Shown: positions 19,754 to 29,621 of the stretch, piece by piece
Numbering within the stretch: position 1 is the first letter of the stretch
Layout: every line of letters begins with the position of its first letter
Origin: Bacteroidetes bacterium ADurb.Bin145
Lineage (GTDB): Bacteria > Bacteroidota > Bacteroidia > Bacteroidales > VadinHA17
Length of the DNA stretch: 64,000 nt
Assembly (NCBI GenBank): GCA_002070505.1
Contig: MWDJ01000001.1
Location: 28,918 to 92,917 of the forward strand
Direction of reading: 5' to 3'
Program-made: the position numbers and the translations under genes
The notes under the pieces: model-generated
What the model was told of the DNA's origin: nothing
What the model saw: only the letters and a program-made list of their open reading frames with translations
Database searches by the model: none

Positions 19754-21904
19754 ATGAGCATCGACAAGAATATTGAGTTGATTTCCAGGCGACTTGGGTT
19801 GCACAAGTGGCAGGTAGAGAATACAATCAGGCTGATGGACGGAGGAGCAACTATACCCTTTATCAGCCGGTACAGGAAAGAGATGACCGGAAGCCTGGAT
19901 GAGGTCACAATATCAGGCATTAAGGAGGAATATAACAGGCTAAGGGACCTGGATGCCAGGAGAGAAAGCATAATCAAGTCGATTGGAGAACAGGAGAAAA
20001 TGACTCCTGAACTCCTGACAAGGATTGAAGCTGCTATGACGATGGCTGAGCTGGAAGATATCTATCTGCCTTTCAGACCGAAAAGACGGACGCGTGCCAC
20101 AATAGCAAAGGAAAAAGGACTTGAACCTCTGGCAGAAATAATATTCAGGCAGGAAGAAACTGATCCCGAAAAAATAGCAGAAGGGTTTGTGAATGAACAG
20201 GTGGAAGATATTAATGCAGCTATTGCAGGTGCCAAAGACATAATTGCCGAATGGATCAGCGAAAATGAAACAGCCCGTATGAGACTCCGTCTTCTCTATG
20301 AAAAAGAAGCAATTATTTATTCTAAAGTTATTAAAGGCAAAGAAGCAGAAGGCAACAAATTCAGTGACTATTTTGAGTGGTCCGAGCCTTTGAAAAAATG
20401 CCCGTCGCACCGGCTTCTTGCTATGAGAAGGGGGGAAGAAGAGGGGTTCCTGAGACTGACGATGGAACCGGGAGAAGATCATGCTCTGGATATCCTTAGA
20501 TCGGTGTTTATTAAAGCAACTAACCAATCGTCTGAAATTGTCGGAGAGGCTGTTGCTGACAGCTGGAAAAGACTTTTATCCGCTTCGATGGAAACCGAGT
20601 TCAGGAATATCTCCAAAGAGAAAGCTGATGAAGAGGCTATCAGGGTCTTTGCAGACAACCTCAGACAGCTTCTTCTTGCTCCGCCACTGGGCGAAAAGAA
20701 TATACTGGCTATTGATCCCGGATTCAGAACAGGCTGTAAGATCGTTTGTCTTGACAGGCAGGGTAATCTGCTGCATAATGAAACGATCTATCCTCATCCT
20801 CCCCAGAATCAGACTGCTTTGTCTGTAAAAAAGATCCTTTCCCTTGTTAATGCATATAAGATAGAAGCCATAGCTATAGGTAATGGTACGGCCAGCAGGG
20901 AGACGGAAGATTTTATTAAATATGTAAAATTTGAAAAGGATATCCAGGTTTTTGTGGTGAGTGAAGCAGGAGCATCGGTATACTCAGCTTCAAAGGTAGC
21001 CAGGGATGAATTCCCTGATTACGATGTTACCGTCAGGGGTGCGGTATCAATAGGCAGGAGGCTGATGGATCCGCTTGCCGAGCTTGTCAAGATAGATCCG
21101 AAATCAATAGGGGTGGGGCAGTATCAGCACGATGTTGATCAGCAGAAACTGCAGGCTTCTCTCGATGAAGTGGTTATGAGCTGTGTTAACGCAGTAGGTG
21201 TGGAAGTGAATACGGCAAGTAGTCACCTCCTGACCTATGTATCAGGGCTGGGTCCTCAGCTGGCTCAGAACATTATTGATTACAGAAGTGAGAATGGCCC
21301 TTTCAGGTCAAGGAGCGAGTTCCTCAAGGTAAAAAGGCTGGGTACCAAGGCTTTTGAGCAGTGCGCCGGCTTCCTGAGAATAAGGAATGCCGATAATCCT
21401 CTTGATAGTAGTGCCGTACACCCCGAAAGTTATCATGTAGTTGAGCGTATGGCTAAGGATATCGGCTGCGATATCAGTGAACTGATCAGAAATGAAAGTA
21501 AACGAAAAGATATCAAGCTTGAACGCTACGTAACACAGTCAACAGGACTGCCTACTTTGAAGGATATCATGGATGAGATGGAAAAACCGGGGAGGGACCC
21601 GAGGTCAAAGATCAGAGAGTTCAGATTTGCCGATATACATGAGATGCAGGATCTTGTAACAGGAATGATCGTTCCGGGAATTGTAACAAATGTTACAAAA
21701 TTCGGAGCATTTGTAGATATCGGGATAAAGCAGGATGGTCTTGTTCACATTTCCAACCTGAGTAAAACTTTTGTAAAGGACCCCTCTGAGGTCGTAAAGC
21801 TTCACCAGCATGTTATGGTTAAGATCTTGTCAGTCGACATAGAAAGAAAAAGGATCCAGTTATCCATGAAAGATGTTGATCAGAAAAAGTCCTCAGTTGT
21901 TTAA
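19754..21904 (+). CDS. tex: Tex-like transcription accessory protein (YqgF/HhH/S1 domains)
   Basis: 716 aa; N-terminus TIPFISRYRKEMTG and a C-terminal S1 domain (GIVTNVTKFGAFVDIG). Confidence 0.9.
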   Translation: MSIDKNIELISRRLGLHKWQVENTIRLMDGGATIPFISRYRKEMTGSLDEVTISGIKEEYNRLRDLDARRESIIKSIGEQEKMTPELLTRIEAAMTMAELEDIYLPFRPKRRTRATIAKEKGLEPLAEIIFRQEETDPEKIAEGFVNEQVEDINAAIAGAKDIIAEWISENETARMRLRLLYEKEAIIYSKVIKGKEAEGNKFSDYFEWSEPLKKCPSHRLLAMRRGEEEGFLRLTMEPGEDHALDILRSVFIKATNQSSEIVGEAVADSWKRLLSASMETEFRNISKEKADEEAIRVFADNLRQLLLAPPLGEKNILAIDPGFRTGCKIVCLDRQGNLLHNETIYPHPPQNQTALSVKKILSLVNAYKIEAIAIGNGTASRETEDFIKYVKFEKDIQVFVVSEAGASVYSASKVARDEFPDYDVTVRGAVSIGRRLMDPLAELVKIDPKSIGVGQYQHDVDQQKLQASLDEVVMSCVNAVGVEVNTASSHLLTYVSGLGPQLAQNIIDYRSENGPFRSRSEFLKVKRLGTKAFEQCAGFLRIRNADNPLDSSAVHPESYHVVERMAKDIGCDISELIRNESKRKDIKLERYVTQSTGLPTLKDIMDEMEKPGRDPRSKIREFRFADIHEMQDLVTGMIVPGIVTNVTKFGAFVDIGIKQDGLVHISNLSKTFVKDPSEVVKLHQHVMVKILSVDIERKRIQLSMKDVDQKKSSVV

Positions 21905-23427
21905 GGTTTCCGCGGCAGTTTTTCATTCCTCATAGCAGCATTATATGCAAACGAAGCTGTGATCACCGCATTGACCTTCAGATCATTCATCACGAGTCTC
22001 TCGTAAGTATCCATCACTGTATGGTATGTCCTGCCATATTCTATCGGGTCCTGGATGAACTGAAAAGCGGGCAGTCCGTAGCGATCGAAAGATTGGTGAT
22101 CAGTGCCTCCTGTATTCCTGATTGCTATTGTCGAGCAGCCGAGATCAGCGAATGGTTTCATCCATTCCTCAAAAACAGGCCTTGCCATTTCATTCTGCTG
22201 CAGGTAAATACCCCTGTATCTGCCGGATCCGTTATCCATGTTGAAATATGCTGCAAACCTGTCATAATCAGGTTTATGTTCCTTGGTTTTTGGATCAACC
22301 AGGTAGTTTTCAACATATCCTTGTGAGCCATACAGACCCTGTTCTTCGCCACCCCATAAAGCGACCCTGATTGTACGGCGGGGAGCAGCGTTTATGCTTT
22401 TAAGGATCCGAAGGGCCTCCATCATTACTATGCACCCGGAAGCATTGTCTGCAGCCCCGGTTCCTCCATGCCACGAATCGAGATGGGCGCCGAGCAATAC
22501 AACTTCATTTTTAAGGTTCTTATCAGTACCTGGGATCTCACCGATTACATTATAGATCACCGGACTGACGAAGAATTTATTCTGTATTTCTATCTCCATT
22601 TCAACTTTGACGTCGTGTCTTAACAGTCTCTCCATCCTCTGAAAAGCCTCCATAGGGATGTTAAGCTCGGCAATTGGTTCCTCTTCACCGGAGTTATAAC
22701 CGGCTCCGGTCGATCTCGGAATATTATATGTACCTGAATTATTCAGAATAACAGCCACCCTTTCGCTTTTTATGAGTTCGTTAATCTTGTTTCTCAGTAA
22801 TAATGCCGGATTTCCTCCGGGAGCAGGCATGCCGACTCTTCTTCCTCCGGCAGGAAAAGTCTCCCTGGCTATCCCTGCAAGCTGTTCATCAGTGTATCTT
22901 GATGCAAGCGGTTCATAACTTAATTCAAAAGGTGCAGTTGAGGCCGGAATCATTAAAACAATTTTCCCTGCAAGTTTGCCTCTGTATTTTTCCAGGTCAG
23001 ATTCTGTTCTTATCTCAAGAAGCACAACTTCACTTTTTATTGCTCCGTCAGTGCTTCCTGTCCAGGCTACCGGATTACATGCAATATTCAAATAATACGG
23101 AGCTGTCATTGCAGCATAGGTCTTAAGGTTGTCCCATCCGCCCCTGTTAAATTCCCTTGCAGCCTCAATCCTTACATTCTGAAATCCCAGTTCCTCCATT
23201 TTCTTTTTAGCTATATCATAACCTCTTGTTGCTCCTGAAGAACCTGTAAGTCTTGGCCCGGCATAGTCGGTAAGCCAGAAAGCAAGGTCTTCAACCTTCG
23301 AATTAGCCGATTCCTCCTGCTTGATCCGGTAAATCATTGAAAGATCAACTGTTTCTGTTTGTGAGTGAACCGATAAAGTTGTAAAAAACAATACGGCAAG
23401 AGTGTTAAAAGTTCTGGTGATGTTCAT
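21901..23427 (-). CDS. M28 family metallopeptidase with PA domain
   Basis: Signal peptide; zinc-ligand motifs GAHLDSW, GAADNASG, WGGEEQGLYGS. Confidence 0.85.
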   Translation of the reverse strand: MNITRTFNTLAVLFFTTLSVHSQTETVDLSMIYRIKQEESANSKVEDLAFWLTDYAGPRLTGSSGATRGYDIAKKKMEELGFQNVRIEAAREFNRGGWDNLKTYAAMTAPYYLNIACNPVAWTGSTDGAIKSEVVLLEIRTESDLEKYRGKLAGKIVLMIPASTAPFELSYEPLASRYTDEQLAGIARETFPAGGRRVGMPAPGGNPALLLRNKINELIKSERVAVILNNSGTYNIPRSTGAGYNSGEEEPIAELNIPMEAFQRMERLLRHDVKVEMEIEIQNKFFVSPVIYNVIGEIPGTDKNLKNEVVLLGAHLDSWHGGTGAADNASGCIVMMEALRILKSINAAPRRTIRVALWGGEEQGLYGSQGYVENYLVDPKTKEHKPDYDRFAAYFNMDNGSGRYRGIYLQQNEMARPVFEEWMKPFADLGCSTIAIRNTGGTDHQSFDRYGLPAFQFIQDPIEYGRTYHTVMDTYERLVMNDLKVNAVITASFAYNAAMRNEKLPRKP

Positions 23428-23595
23428 CGTTCTTATATTTATATGTTATTTGCATTAAAATTTGAGGCTAAAAATAGTTAAAAATGAAAATCAATCTTAA
23501 TAGTATCTATTCATAACCATGATGCAATCCAGAATGAAACGGTTCCTTAAGGCAAACCCGTGAAATGTCAACGATATTAATGAGCTAAACTTTTG

Positions 23596-23603
23596 TACTT
23601 TTG
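23596..23603 (+). promoter_or_regulatory. candidate -7 promoter box (TACTTTTG)
   Basis: TAnnTTTG match 21 nt upstream of the mutS2 ATG. An additional TTTG sits directly upstream of the box (23592..23595), which is too close to act as a -33 element. Confidence 0.4.
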
Positions 23604-23623
23604 TCTTTGAAGGTATTATAGGA

Positions 23624-26098
23624 ATGCTCTACCCTGATAATTTTGAAAATAAGATAGGATTTGACAGAATTCGTGATCTGTTGAAGGAAAGATGTCTGAG
23701 TCCCATGGGTATTCAGATTATCGATGATATCCGATTTGAGAAAGATCTGGAAACTGTCTCGGAAGAACTTTCAGCTACGAATGAATTCCAGATGATCCTG
23801 CAGTTTGAAGAAAATTTCCCGTCAGATAATTATTTCAGTTTTTCCGATTGTCTGAACAAGATAAGAATAGAGGGCACTTTTCCTGAAGTGAGAGAGGTAT
23901 ATGATCTTAAACGATCACTGGAAACGGTAAGATCAATACTTAATTTTTTCAAAGCCAGGGATGAGGTAAGATACCCTTTTCTCAGGAAGATGTGCAGTCC
24001 GGTAAAGACTTATCCATATGTTCTTGATTCCATAGACAGGATTATTGATCGTCACGGAGTGATAAAGGATAATGCTTCAACCCGGCTGAAAGAAATCAGA
24101 ACTGAAATAATATCGAAAAACTTCCAGGTATCCAAACGGCTTAATGCAATACTGAAGCAGGCACAGGCCGACGGTATCGTTGATTCCGATACATCTGCCT
24201 CAGTGAGGAATGGGAGAGGGGTCATACCGGTAAGCACTTATAACAAAAGAAAGTTAAAAGGGCTTATCCATGATCAATCCTCTTCAGGCAAAACTGTGTT
24301 TATCGAACCTGAAGAGATAGTTGAGATAAATAACAGCATAATTGAACTTGAATACGAGGAAAAGAGAGAGATCGTCAAGATCCTCACATTGTTTGCCGAT
24401 AATATCAGGCCATATATTGATGATCTGATCGAATCAAATAATTTCCTGGGCAGGATCGATTTCCTCCGGGCTAAAGCTCTCTTTTGCAACCACCTGAACT
24501 CGATCAAACCGATACTTGTAAAAGAACCTTTCATTTCGTGGAAGAAGGCAGTCCACCCGCTCCTTTTCCTGGCTTTCTCAAGGACACCGGGGCGTAAAGT
24601 CGTCCCTCTTGACATACAGATCGATAGCAGCAACCGGATCCTTGTGATATCCGGTCCCAATGCCGGAGGGAAATCAGTCTGTCTGAAAACAGTCGGCCTA
24701 CTCCAGTATATGCTTCAATGCGGATTTACGATCCCTGTTGAGGAGGGATCAGAATGCGGCATTTTCAGTGATATCCTTATCGACATAGGTGATGAACAAA
24801 GTATTGAAAATGATTTAAGTACTTACAGTTCACATCTTATAAACATGAAGTATTTTCTGAAATACGCTTCCGGGGAAAGTCTGGTACTTATTGACGAATT
24901 AGGAACAGGCACAGAGCCTGTTATTGGAGGATCAATCGCTGAGGCAGTACTCAGTGAACTTAACCGGAAGGAAGTTTTCGGAGTTTTTACAACACATTAC
25001 ACAAACCTTAAGCACTTTGCTTCACTTACAGATGGAATTACCAATGGTGCCATGGCATTTGACAATCACCTGATGCAGCCGCTGTTCAAACTTGAAATTG
25101 GAAAGCCGGGGAGCTCCTTTGCTTTTGAGATAGCAAGGAAAATTGGCCTGCCGGAGAACATTCTGGATGAGGCATCCGGAAAAGCCGGAGTAAAAAATAT
25201 CAATTATGACAGGCATCTGAAGGATATTGCAAGGGACAAAAGATACTGGGAGAATAAACGTCAGAATATCAGGCAGCATGAGAAACGTCTCGAAGAGCTG
25301 ATCGAAGAATATGAAAAGGAGTTGTTGGGGGCCAGGTCATTGAGAAAAGAAATAATTTCCAGGGCAAAGGATGAGGCTCAGAGTCTTCTCAGGGAGTCCA
25401 ACCGTATGATCGAAACTACTATCCGCAAGATAAAAGAATCACAGGCTGAAAAAGAGAAAACAAGGGAAGTCCGGCAGGAGCTTGAAGAATTCAGGAACAC
25501 TATTGTCGAAAAATCAGGTCCTCTTGAGTCACCTGATGAAAAGAAAATATCGGACCTTGCTGAAAAAGCAAGACGTTTTAAGCGGGACAGGAAACCGGAA
25601 AAGCCACAGTTGCAGGGTGATAAGGACAAACAATTTAAGGTTGGTGACGCAGTTAGGATCACTAACACTGAGGCTGCAGGAGAGATAGTATCGGTAAGGG
25701 ATGATATGGTCCAGGTCGAGACCGGAAGCCTGAGATTATCTGTTCCGGCTGCGAGAATAGAACGAATAAGCAGGTCGGAATTAAGAGAGAGTATCAGGGC
25801 AACGCACAGACCCTTACCTTCAGATCCTGTTATTTCGCAGCGGAAACTCAATTTCAAACCCGAAATCGATATCAGGGGAGTAAGAGGAGAGGAGGCACTT
25901 ACCCGTGTCAGGGAGCTTATCGACGATGCCCTTATTGTTCAGCAGAGGAACCTGCGCATCCTTCACGGAAAGGGCAACGGGATTCTCAGACAACTGGTTA
26001 GAGATTACCTTGGGACACTTAATATTGTAAAATCATTCCGCGACGAGCACGTCGATATGGGTGGTTCCGGCATTACCGTTGTAGAAATGGATTTTTAG
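23624..26098 (+). CDS. mutS2: endonuclease MutS2 (Smr domain)
   Basis: Walker A GPNAGGKS, MutS ATPase core, coiled-coil region, C-terminal Smr (IDIRGVRGEEAL...LRILHGKGNGILR). Confidence 0.92.
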   Translation: MLYPDNFENKIGFDRIRDLLKERCLSPMGIQIIDDIRFEKDLETVSEELSATNEFQMILQFEENFPSDNYFSFSDCLNKIRIEGTFPEVREVYDLKRSLETVRSILNFFKARDEVRYPFLRKMCSPVKTYPYVLDSIDRIIDRHGVIKDNASTRLKEIRTEIISKNFQVSKRLNAILKQAQADGIVDSDTSASVRNGRGVIPVSTYNKRKLKGLIHDQSSSGKTVFIEPEEIVEINNSIIELEYEEKREIVKILTLFADNIRPYIDDLIESNNFLGRIDFLRAKALFCNHLNSIKPILVKEPFISWKKAVHPLLFLAFSRTPGRKVVPLDIQIDSSNRILVISGPNAGGKSVCLKTVGLLQYMLQCGFTIPVEEGSECGIFSDILIDIGDEQSIENDLSTYSSHLINMKYFLKYASGESLVLIDELGTGTEPVIGGSIAEAVLSELNRKEVFGVFTTHYTNLKHFASLTDGITNGAMAFDNHLMQPLFKLEIGKPGSSFAFEIARKIGLPENILDEASGKAGVKNINYDRHLKDIARDKRYWENKRQNIRQHEKRLEELIEEYEKELLGARSLRKEIISRAKDEAQSLLRESNRMIETTIRKIKESQAEKEKTREVRQELEEFRNTIVEKSGPLESPDEKKISDLAEKARRFKRDRKPEKPQLQGDKDKQFKVGDAVRITNTEAAGEIVSVRDDMVQVETGSLRLSVPAARIERISRSELRESIRATHRPLPSDPVISQRKLNFKPEIDIRGVRGEEALTRVRELIDDALIVQQRNLRILHGKGNGILRQLVRDYLGTLNIVKSFRDEHVDMGGSGITVVEMDF

Positions 26099-26121
26099 CA
26101 ATCCCCGGAGCTATCAACTTC

Positions 26122-26388
26122 TTATCCGAACTTATAATGTTTCCGGATAGCTTTATTGATTTTCCAGGTACACCTTAAACCTTCATCAAAAATAACAAGA
26201 TCGCCTTTTCCGAAGCTTACAGGAGTACCATTTTCCGGGGTGACCATAACATCACCTTCAAGGATATAACATGTCTCTGCTTCATCATAGAACCACGGGA
26301 ATTCTGATTCTTCTTTCTCCCATATTGGCCATGACCTGACATCCAGCTTAACGAGCTTGTCTTCTGTTGGTTTTTCTACATGTATCAT
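26122..26388 (-). CDS. small cupin-fold protein (cupin_3/DUF861-like)
   Basis: 88 aa; pattern WPIWEKEESEFPWFYDEAETCYILEGDVMV...GDLVIF. Confidence 0.65.
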   Translation of the reverse strand: MIHVEKPTEDKLVKLDVRSWPIWEKEESEFPWFYDEAETCYILEGDVMVTPENGTPVSFGKGDLVIFDEGLRCTWKINKAIRKHYKFG

Positions 26389-26399
26389 TCTGAAAAATA

Positions 26400-27479
26400 T
26401 TAATATAACCTGATTGATCCGTATGATGCTTTGACAACTACCCGGGATGAAGGCTTAGTATCCTTTCCGACCACACCGCTTATCTCTGTTGAGTTATTAT
26501 CTATTATCCTTCTTCTGTTCTGGAAATTGGTTTCATTGTATTTCAATCCTGCATATGATAATTCTGCTTCAAGATCGTAACTGGCCATTTCATCTATTCC
26601 TATCCTAATACCTGAATAACGTGAATCTATTTTAATAGACTCAAATCCTGAAGGTACTTTTTCAACATTGAATGATCCATATCCTGCTTCAAATTCCAGC
26701 TTTTTTGAAAGGGTTCCGATATTTATATCAGCATAACCGGCATCCAATACCAGGTTATTGATTTTTTCAATCCTGATGTTGTCATATTTTGTCTCTCCAA
26801 CGATGGAACTGACAGTTCCCAACTGAAGTTTTGAATACCTGCTGTCAAGCAAAAGTGCCTGGTTGTTCGTTAGAGTAAAGCTGCCGCTGTACCTGAGATT
26901 GAGATCCAGCCACCCGGCCTCTTCGATGGATCCTTTGCCATATGCCAGTACAAGTGAGTTAATTGGTTTTTCGTTACCTCTTCCAAACTTAAGAGCTTTA
27001 AGGTTCCCATATTTAATATTGAGATCCACAAGACCATTAATATCATCCAGATCGGTATTCCCATACCTGTTTACAAGAGTGAGATTCATCCATACAGGCA
27101 TTTTGACATTGTAATCTATCGAGAATCTTCGTGAGCTGGAATTCCAGCCTGTAAAGCTGAACTTATCATCTATAACTGTTTTCACAGTTATTGTATTATC
27201 CTTCCTCGAAAAGTCAACATTGATGTAATTAAGCAGTCGTTCAGCTCTCTCCCTGTTGGGAAACATAAGAGTGACTTTTACATCAATAACTACCTGATCG
27301 GTCTCAGATGTTTCAACTATAATATCACCATATTTGTTGCTCAGGTCCAGAGTTGAACCTTTCTCAACTTTATACTCCTCATGATATTCTTTCTTAAGTT
27401 CCTGAGCTGATAGGGCAAAGGAGAAGAATAACAATGATGTAAGGAGGAGTGTCCTTTGATTATATACTAGTTTCTTCAT
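26400..27479 (-). CDS. DUF4097-like beta-helical (adhesin-like) protein
   Basis: Signal peptide, then repeated G-x-I/V beta-strand units (YGDIIVE, YGNTDLD, YGNLKAL, YGSIRLY). This is the typical third gene of Bacteroidota ECF modules. An alternative start is at 27503. Confidence 0.55.
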   Translation of the reverse strand: MKKLVYNQRTLLLTSLLFFSFALSAQELKKEYHEEYKVEKGSTLDLSNKYGDIIVETSETDQVVIDVKVTLMFPNRERAERLLNYINVDFSRKDNTITVKTVIDDKFSFTGWNSSSRRFSIDYNVKMPVWMNLTLVNRYGNTDLDDINGLVDLNIKYGNLKALKFGRGNEKPINSLVLAYGKGSIEEAGWLDLNLRYSGSFTLTNNQALLLDSRYSKLQLGTVSSIVGETKYDNIRIEKINNLVLDAGYADINIGTLSKKLEFEAGYGSFNVEKVPSGFESIKIDSRYSGIRIGIDEMASYDLEAELSYAGLKYNETNFQNRRRIIDNNSTEISGVVGKDTKPSSRVVVKASYGSIRLY

Positions 27480-28041
27480 TTTGTGTGGAGTTAGAGTTTT
27501 CATTCCTGATTGTTTTCAGCTGATTTACTATAAAACCCATCACTTCAATTTTTGTCTGATAATGTTCGATCATGGCATTAATGATTCTTTCATCACCGGG
27601 ATTAGCTCTCAGTTCTTTCTGAAGCTGCACGTAAACTGAATCCATGCTTCTGATCTCATTCATCAGCATCTCTTTCTGTTCAGGGTTATTAGTAATTTCA
27701 ACTGTCCCTATTTCGCTTTCTATAAGGTTCACCTGATGCATATAATAATTCTCGACTTCTTTGTATTGGGGAGATACATCACCGAGAGCCATCCTGTCCC
27801 TGTCGGATCTTATAAAATGTTCCCATGTCCACAGCGAAGAAATAGTAATCAGCAGAGTTACCACAGCAGCTTTAAGCAGATATGGCACTATACTTCTGGA
27901 TGGTTTCATTTTCTGACACCTTATTTCCAGCTTCCTGTTGAACCTTTCCATATGGCCCTCCGAAGGCTCCCCGTCTTCGAAGAAATCCCTGTTAGTCCTT
28001 ATTAATTCATCTATTGTTTTCATTCCTTTATTATTTTCCAT
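27460..28041 (-). CDS. putative anti-sigma factor (single-pass membrane protein)
   Basis: 193 aa with one central TM segment (VPYLLKAAVVTLLITISSLW). It overlaps the stop of the upstream ECF sigma gene. Confidence 0.55.
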   Translation of the reverse strand: MENNKGMKTIDELIRTNRDFFEDGEPSEGHMERFNRKLEIRCQKMKPSRSIVPYLLKAAVVTLLITISSLWTWEHFIRSDRDRMALGDVSPQYKEVENYYMHQVNLIESEIGTVEITNNPEQKEMLMNEIRSMDSVYVQLQKELRANPGDERIINAMIEHYQTKIEVMGFIVNQLKTIRNENSNSTQNEETSI

Positions 28042-28594
28042 TTTTTAATACACTGATAAGCTTCTGCCTGGCTCTTGACAGCTGTGATCTTGATGTACTG
28101 CTTGAGATTTTCAATATTTCCGCTATTTCATCATGATCATACCCTTCCAGAAGATATAGTGAAAGGATCACCCTGTAACCATCGGGTAATTTTTCAATTG
28201 CTTCTTTCACTTCTCCGATTTTAGAGTCAATTTCCTCATGCCGGGCAGTATCATCTGTGCTTTCATCACTTATACCTGTATGTGATTCAATATCTTCAAA
28301 GATCGCTTTCCTTCTGCTAAGTGTATCGAGAGACCTGTTGATAACAATTTTTTTCAGCCACGCTCCAAAACTCACAGTCCCTGAGTAAGTTTCAATTTTT
28401 TCAAAGGCCGACAGGAAAGACTCCTGCATAATGTCCTCGGCTTCCATCGTGTCATTCACAATCCTCAGACTAGTGTTATACATTGCTTTATAGTATAACT
28501 TGTAAATCTGGAACTGTGCCCTCTGGTCACCTTCTTTACATCCGTCAAGCAAGTCCTGGTGCAAATTTCTGAATGCTGCTTCTACATTTGCCAT
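28031..28594 (-). CDS. ECF-type RNA polymerase sigma-70 factor
   Basis: Region 2 (AEDIMQESFLSAFEKIETY...FGAWLKKIVINRS) and region 4 (ILSLYLLEGYDHDEIAEILKISSSTSRSQLSRARQKL). I chose the start at MANVEAAF; the ORF-track start is 28636. Confidence 0.85.
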   Translation of the reverse strand: MANVEAAFRNLHQDLLDGCKEGDQRAQFQIYKLYYKAMYNTSLRIVNDTMEAEDIMQESFLSAFEKIETYSGTVSFGAWLKKIVINRSLDTLSRRKAIFEDIESHTGISDESTDDTARHEEIDSKIGEVKEAIEKLPDGYRVILSLYLLEGYDHDEIAEILKISSSTSRSQLSRARQKLISVLKNGK

Positions 28595-28696
28595 TTTTAC
28601 CGTAAGGCTTTGTCTTATATGAGATGCTGCACCCACCTTTTAAATCTCTTTAATCTGATCAAAAGACGGGAGCAATAATTTTATGTTGCACTCAAT

Positions 28697-29602
28697 TTAA
28701 GATTTTTTTGAGACCTGAAGAAAAAAAACTAGTATAAGTCCCTGAATAACCTTTCCTGATGAATAATCCAGCTCAGAACCGAACAAGCTATGAGGGATAG
28801 AATATACAAGAAGTAAGACTATAGCTGCAATTAAAGCCGGAAGAGGCTTCTCTTTTGTCCTGTTAATTACAACTGCATAAACCCAGAATGCTAAAGCAAT
28901 AAGTAATTTATTGTCAGTCAGATCCCAGCCGAATGGTATACCGGTCCAGAATTCACCAAATGCATATTTCTGCACTATAGGTCCCAGTAAAAGGCCTCCT
29001 GCGATTAACAGCCCGAGAGCCAATTTACTGTATTTCTTATATACCGGCACTTTAAAAGCTGCGAATAATCCCGCTGCTGTTGAATAAAGCATTGCCAGGA
29101 ACATGAAAATAATATGAGGAACAAGTATATACCCGGGTACACCGCCTTTGAAACGGATTACCACCGGGGTATCCTTCATTACAGATTTAGAACCAGACTT
29201 ATCCTCAAGCTCTATATAATATTGTATTTTCCCTGCAGGCGGCTGCTGGGGAACAGAAGCGAAATACCCCTTCTCACTGCTGATATGGAATATTTTATTC
29301 ATTATGAAAGAATTCACAGGGTATTCTTTATAAATAAATTCCCTCAGCTGATAGTCATCCTGTGTCCTGTATCTTTTAAAAAAAAGCTTCGCCTTGATTG
29401 TAGTATCGGTAATTTTCAATTTTACTTCAGGTCTTTCATCCAGACCGATACTTCTGATAAGTTCAATTGTGTAAAGAGAGTCATTTAAATTGACTGTCAC
29501 CTCCTTAGGATATGTCGGGCCGGTTTTGCGCTGATATATTGCTGCACCGGCAGTTATAAGAAAAGCAAGAAATAACAGAATGGATTTTTTCATATCTCCC
29601 AA
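28697..29602 (-). CDS. integral membrane protein, unknown function
   Basis: 301 aa: signal/TM, a soluble domain of about 150 aa, then 4-5 hydrophobic helices. Confidence 0.5.
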   Translation of the reverse strand: MGDMKKSILLFLAFLITAGAAIYQRKTGPTYPKEVTVNLNDSLYTIELIRSIGLDERPEVKLKITDTTIKAKLFFKRYRTQDDYQLREFIYKEYPVNSFIMNKIFHISSEKGYFASVPQQPPAGKIQYYIELEDKSGSKSVMKDTPVVIRFKGGVPGYILVPHIIFMFLAMLYSTAAGLFAAFKVPVYKKYSKLALGLLIAGGLLLGPIVQKYAFGEFWTGIPFGWDLTDNKLLIALAFWVYAVVINRTKEKPLPALIAAIVLLLVYSIPHSLFGSELDYSSGKVIQGLILVFFLQVSKKS

Positions 29603-29621
29603 TACCTTAATTATCCTGAGT

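Noticed and set aside
19109-19804. 231-aa minus-strand ORF
   Set aside because: It is antisense to rlmI and extends through the purine-rich spacer. It has no motifs, and the sense gene has clear methyltransferase signatures.
19940-20527. 195-aa minus-strand ORF
   Set aside because: It is antisense to tex. Its composition (Phe/Ser/Cys-rich) is typical of the shadow frame of a Glu/Lys-rich gene.
23461-23495. Phased A-tracts (A5 at 23470 and 23480, A4 at 23487) as an intrinsic DNA bend upstream of the M28 peptidase/mutS2 divergent promoters
   Set aside because: Only two or three tracts occur in an AT-rich spacer, which is not distinguishable from background composition.
25378-25857. 159-aa minus-strand ORF
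   Set aside because: It is antisense to the coiled-coil region of mutS2 and is a shadow ORF of Glu/Lys/Arg-rich coding sequence.
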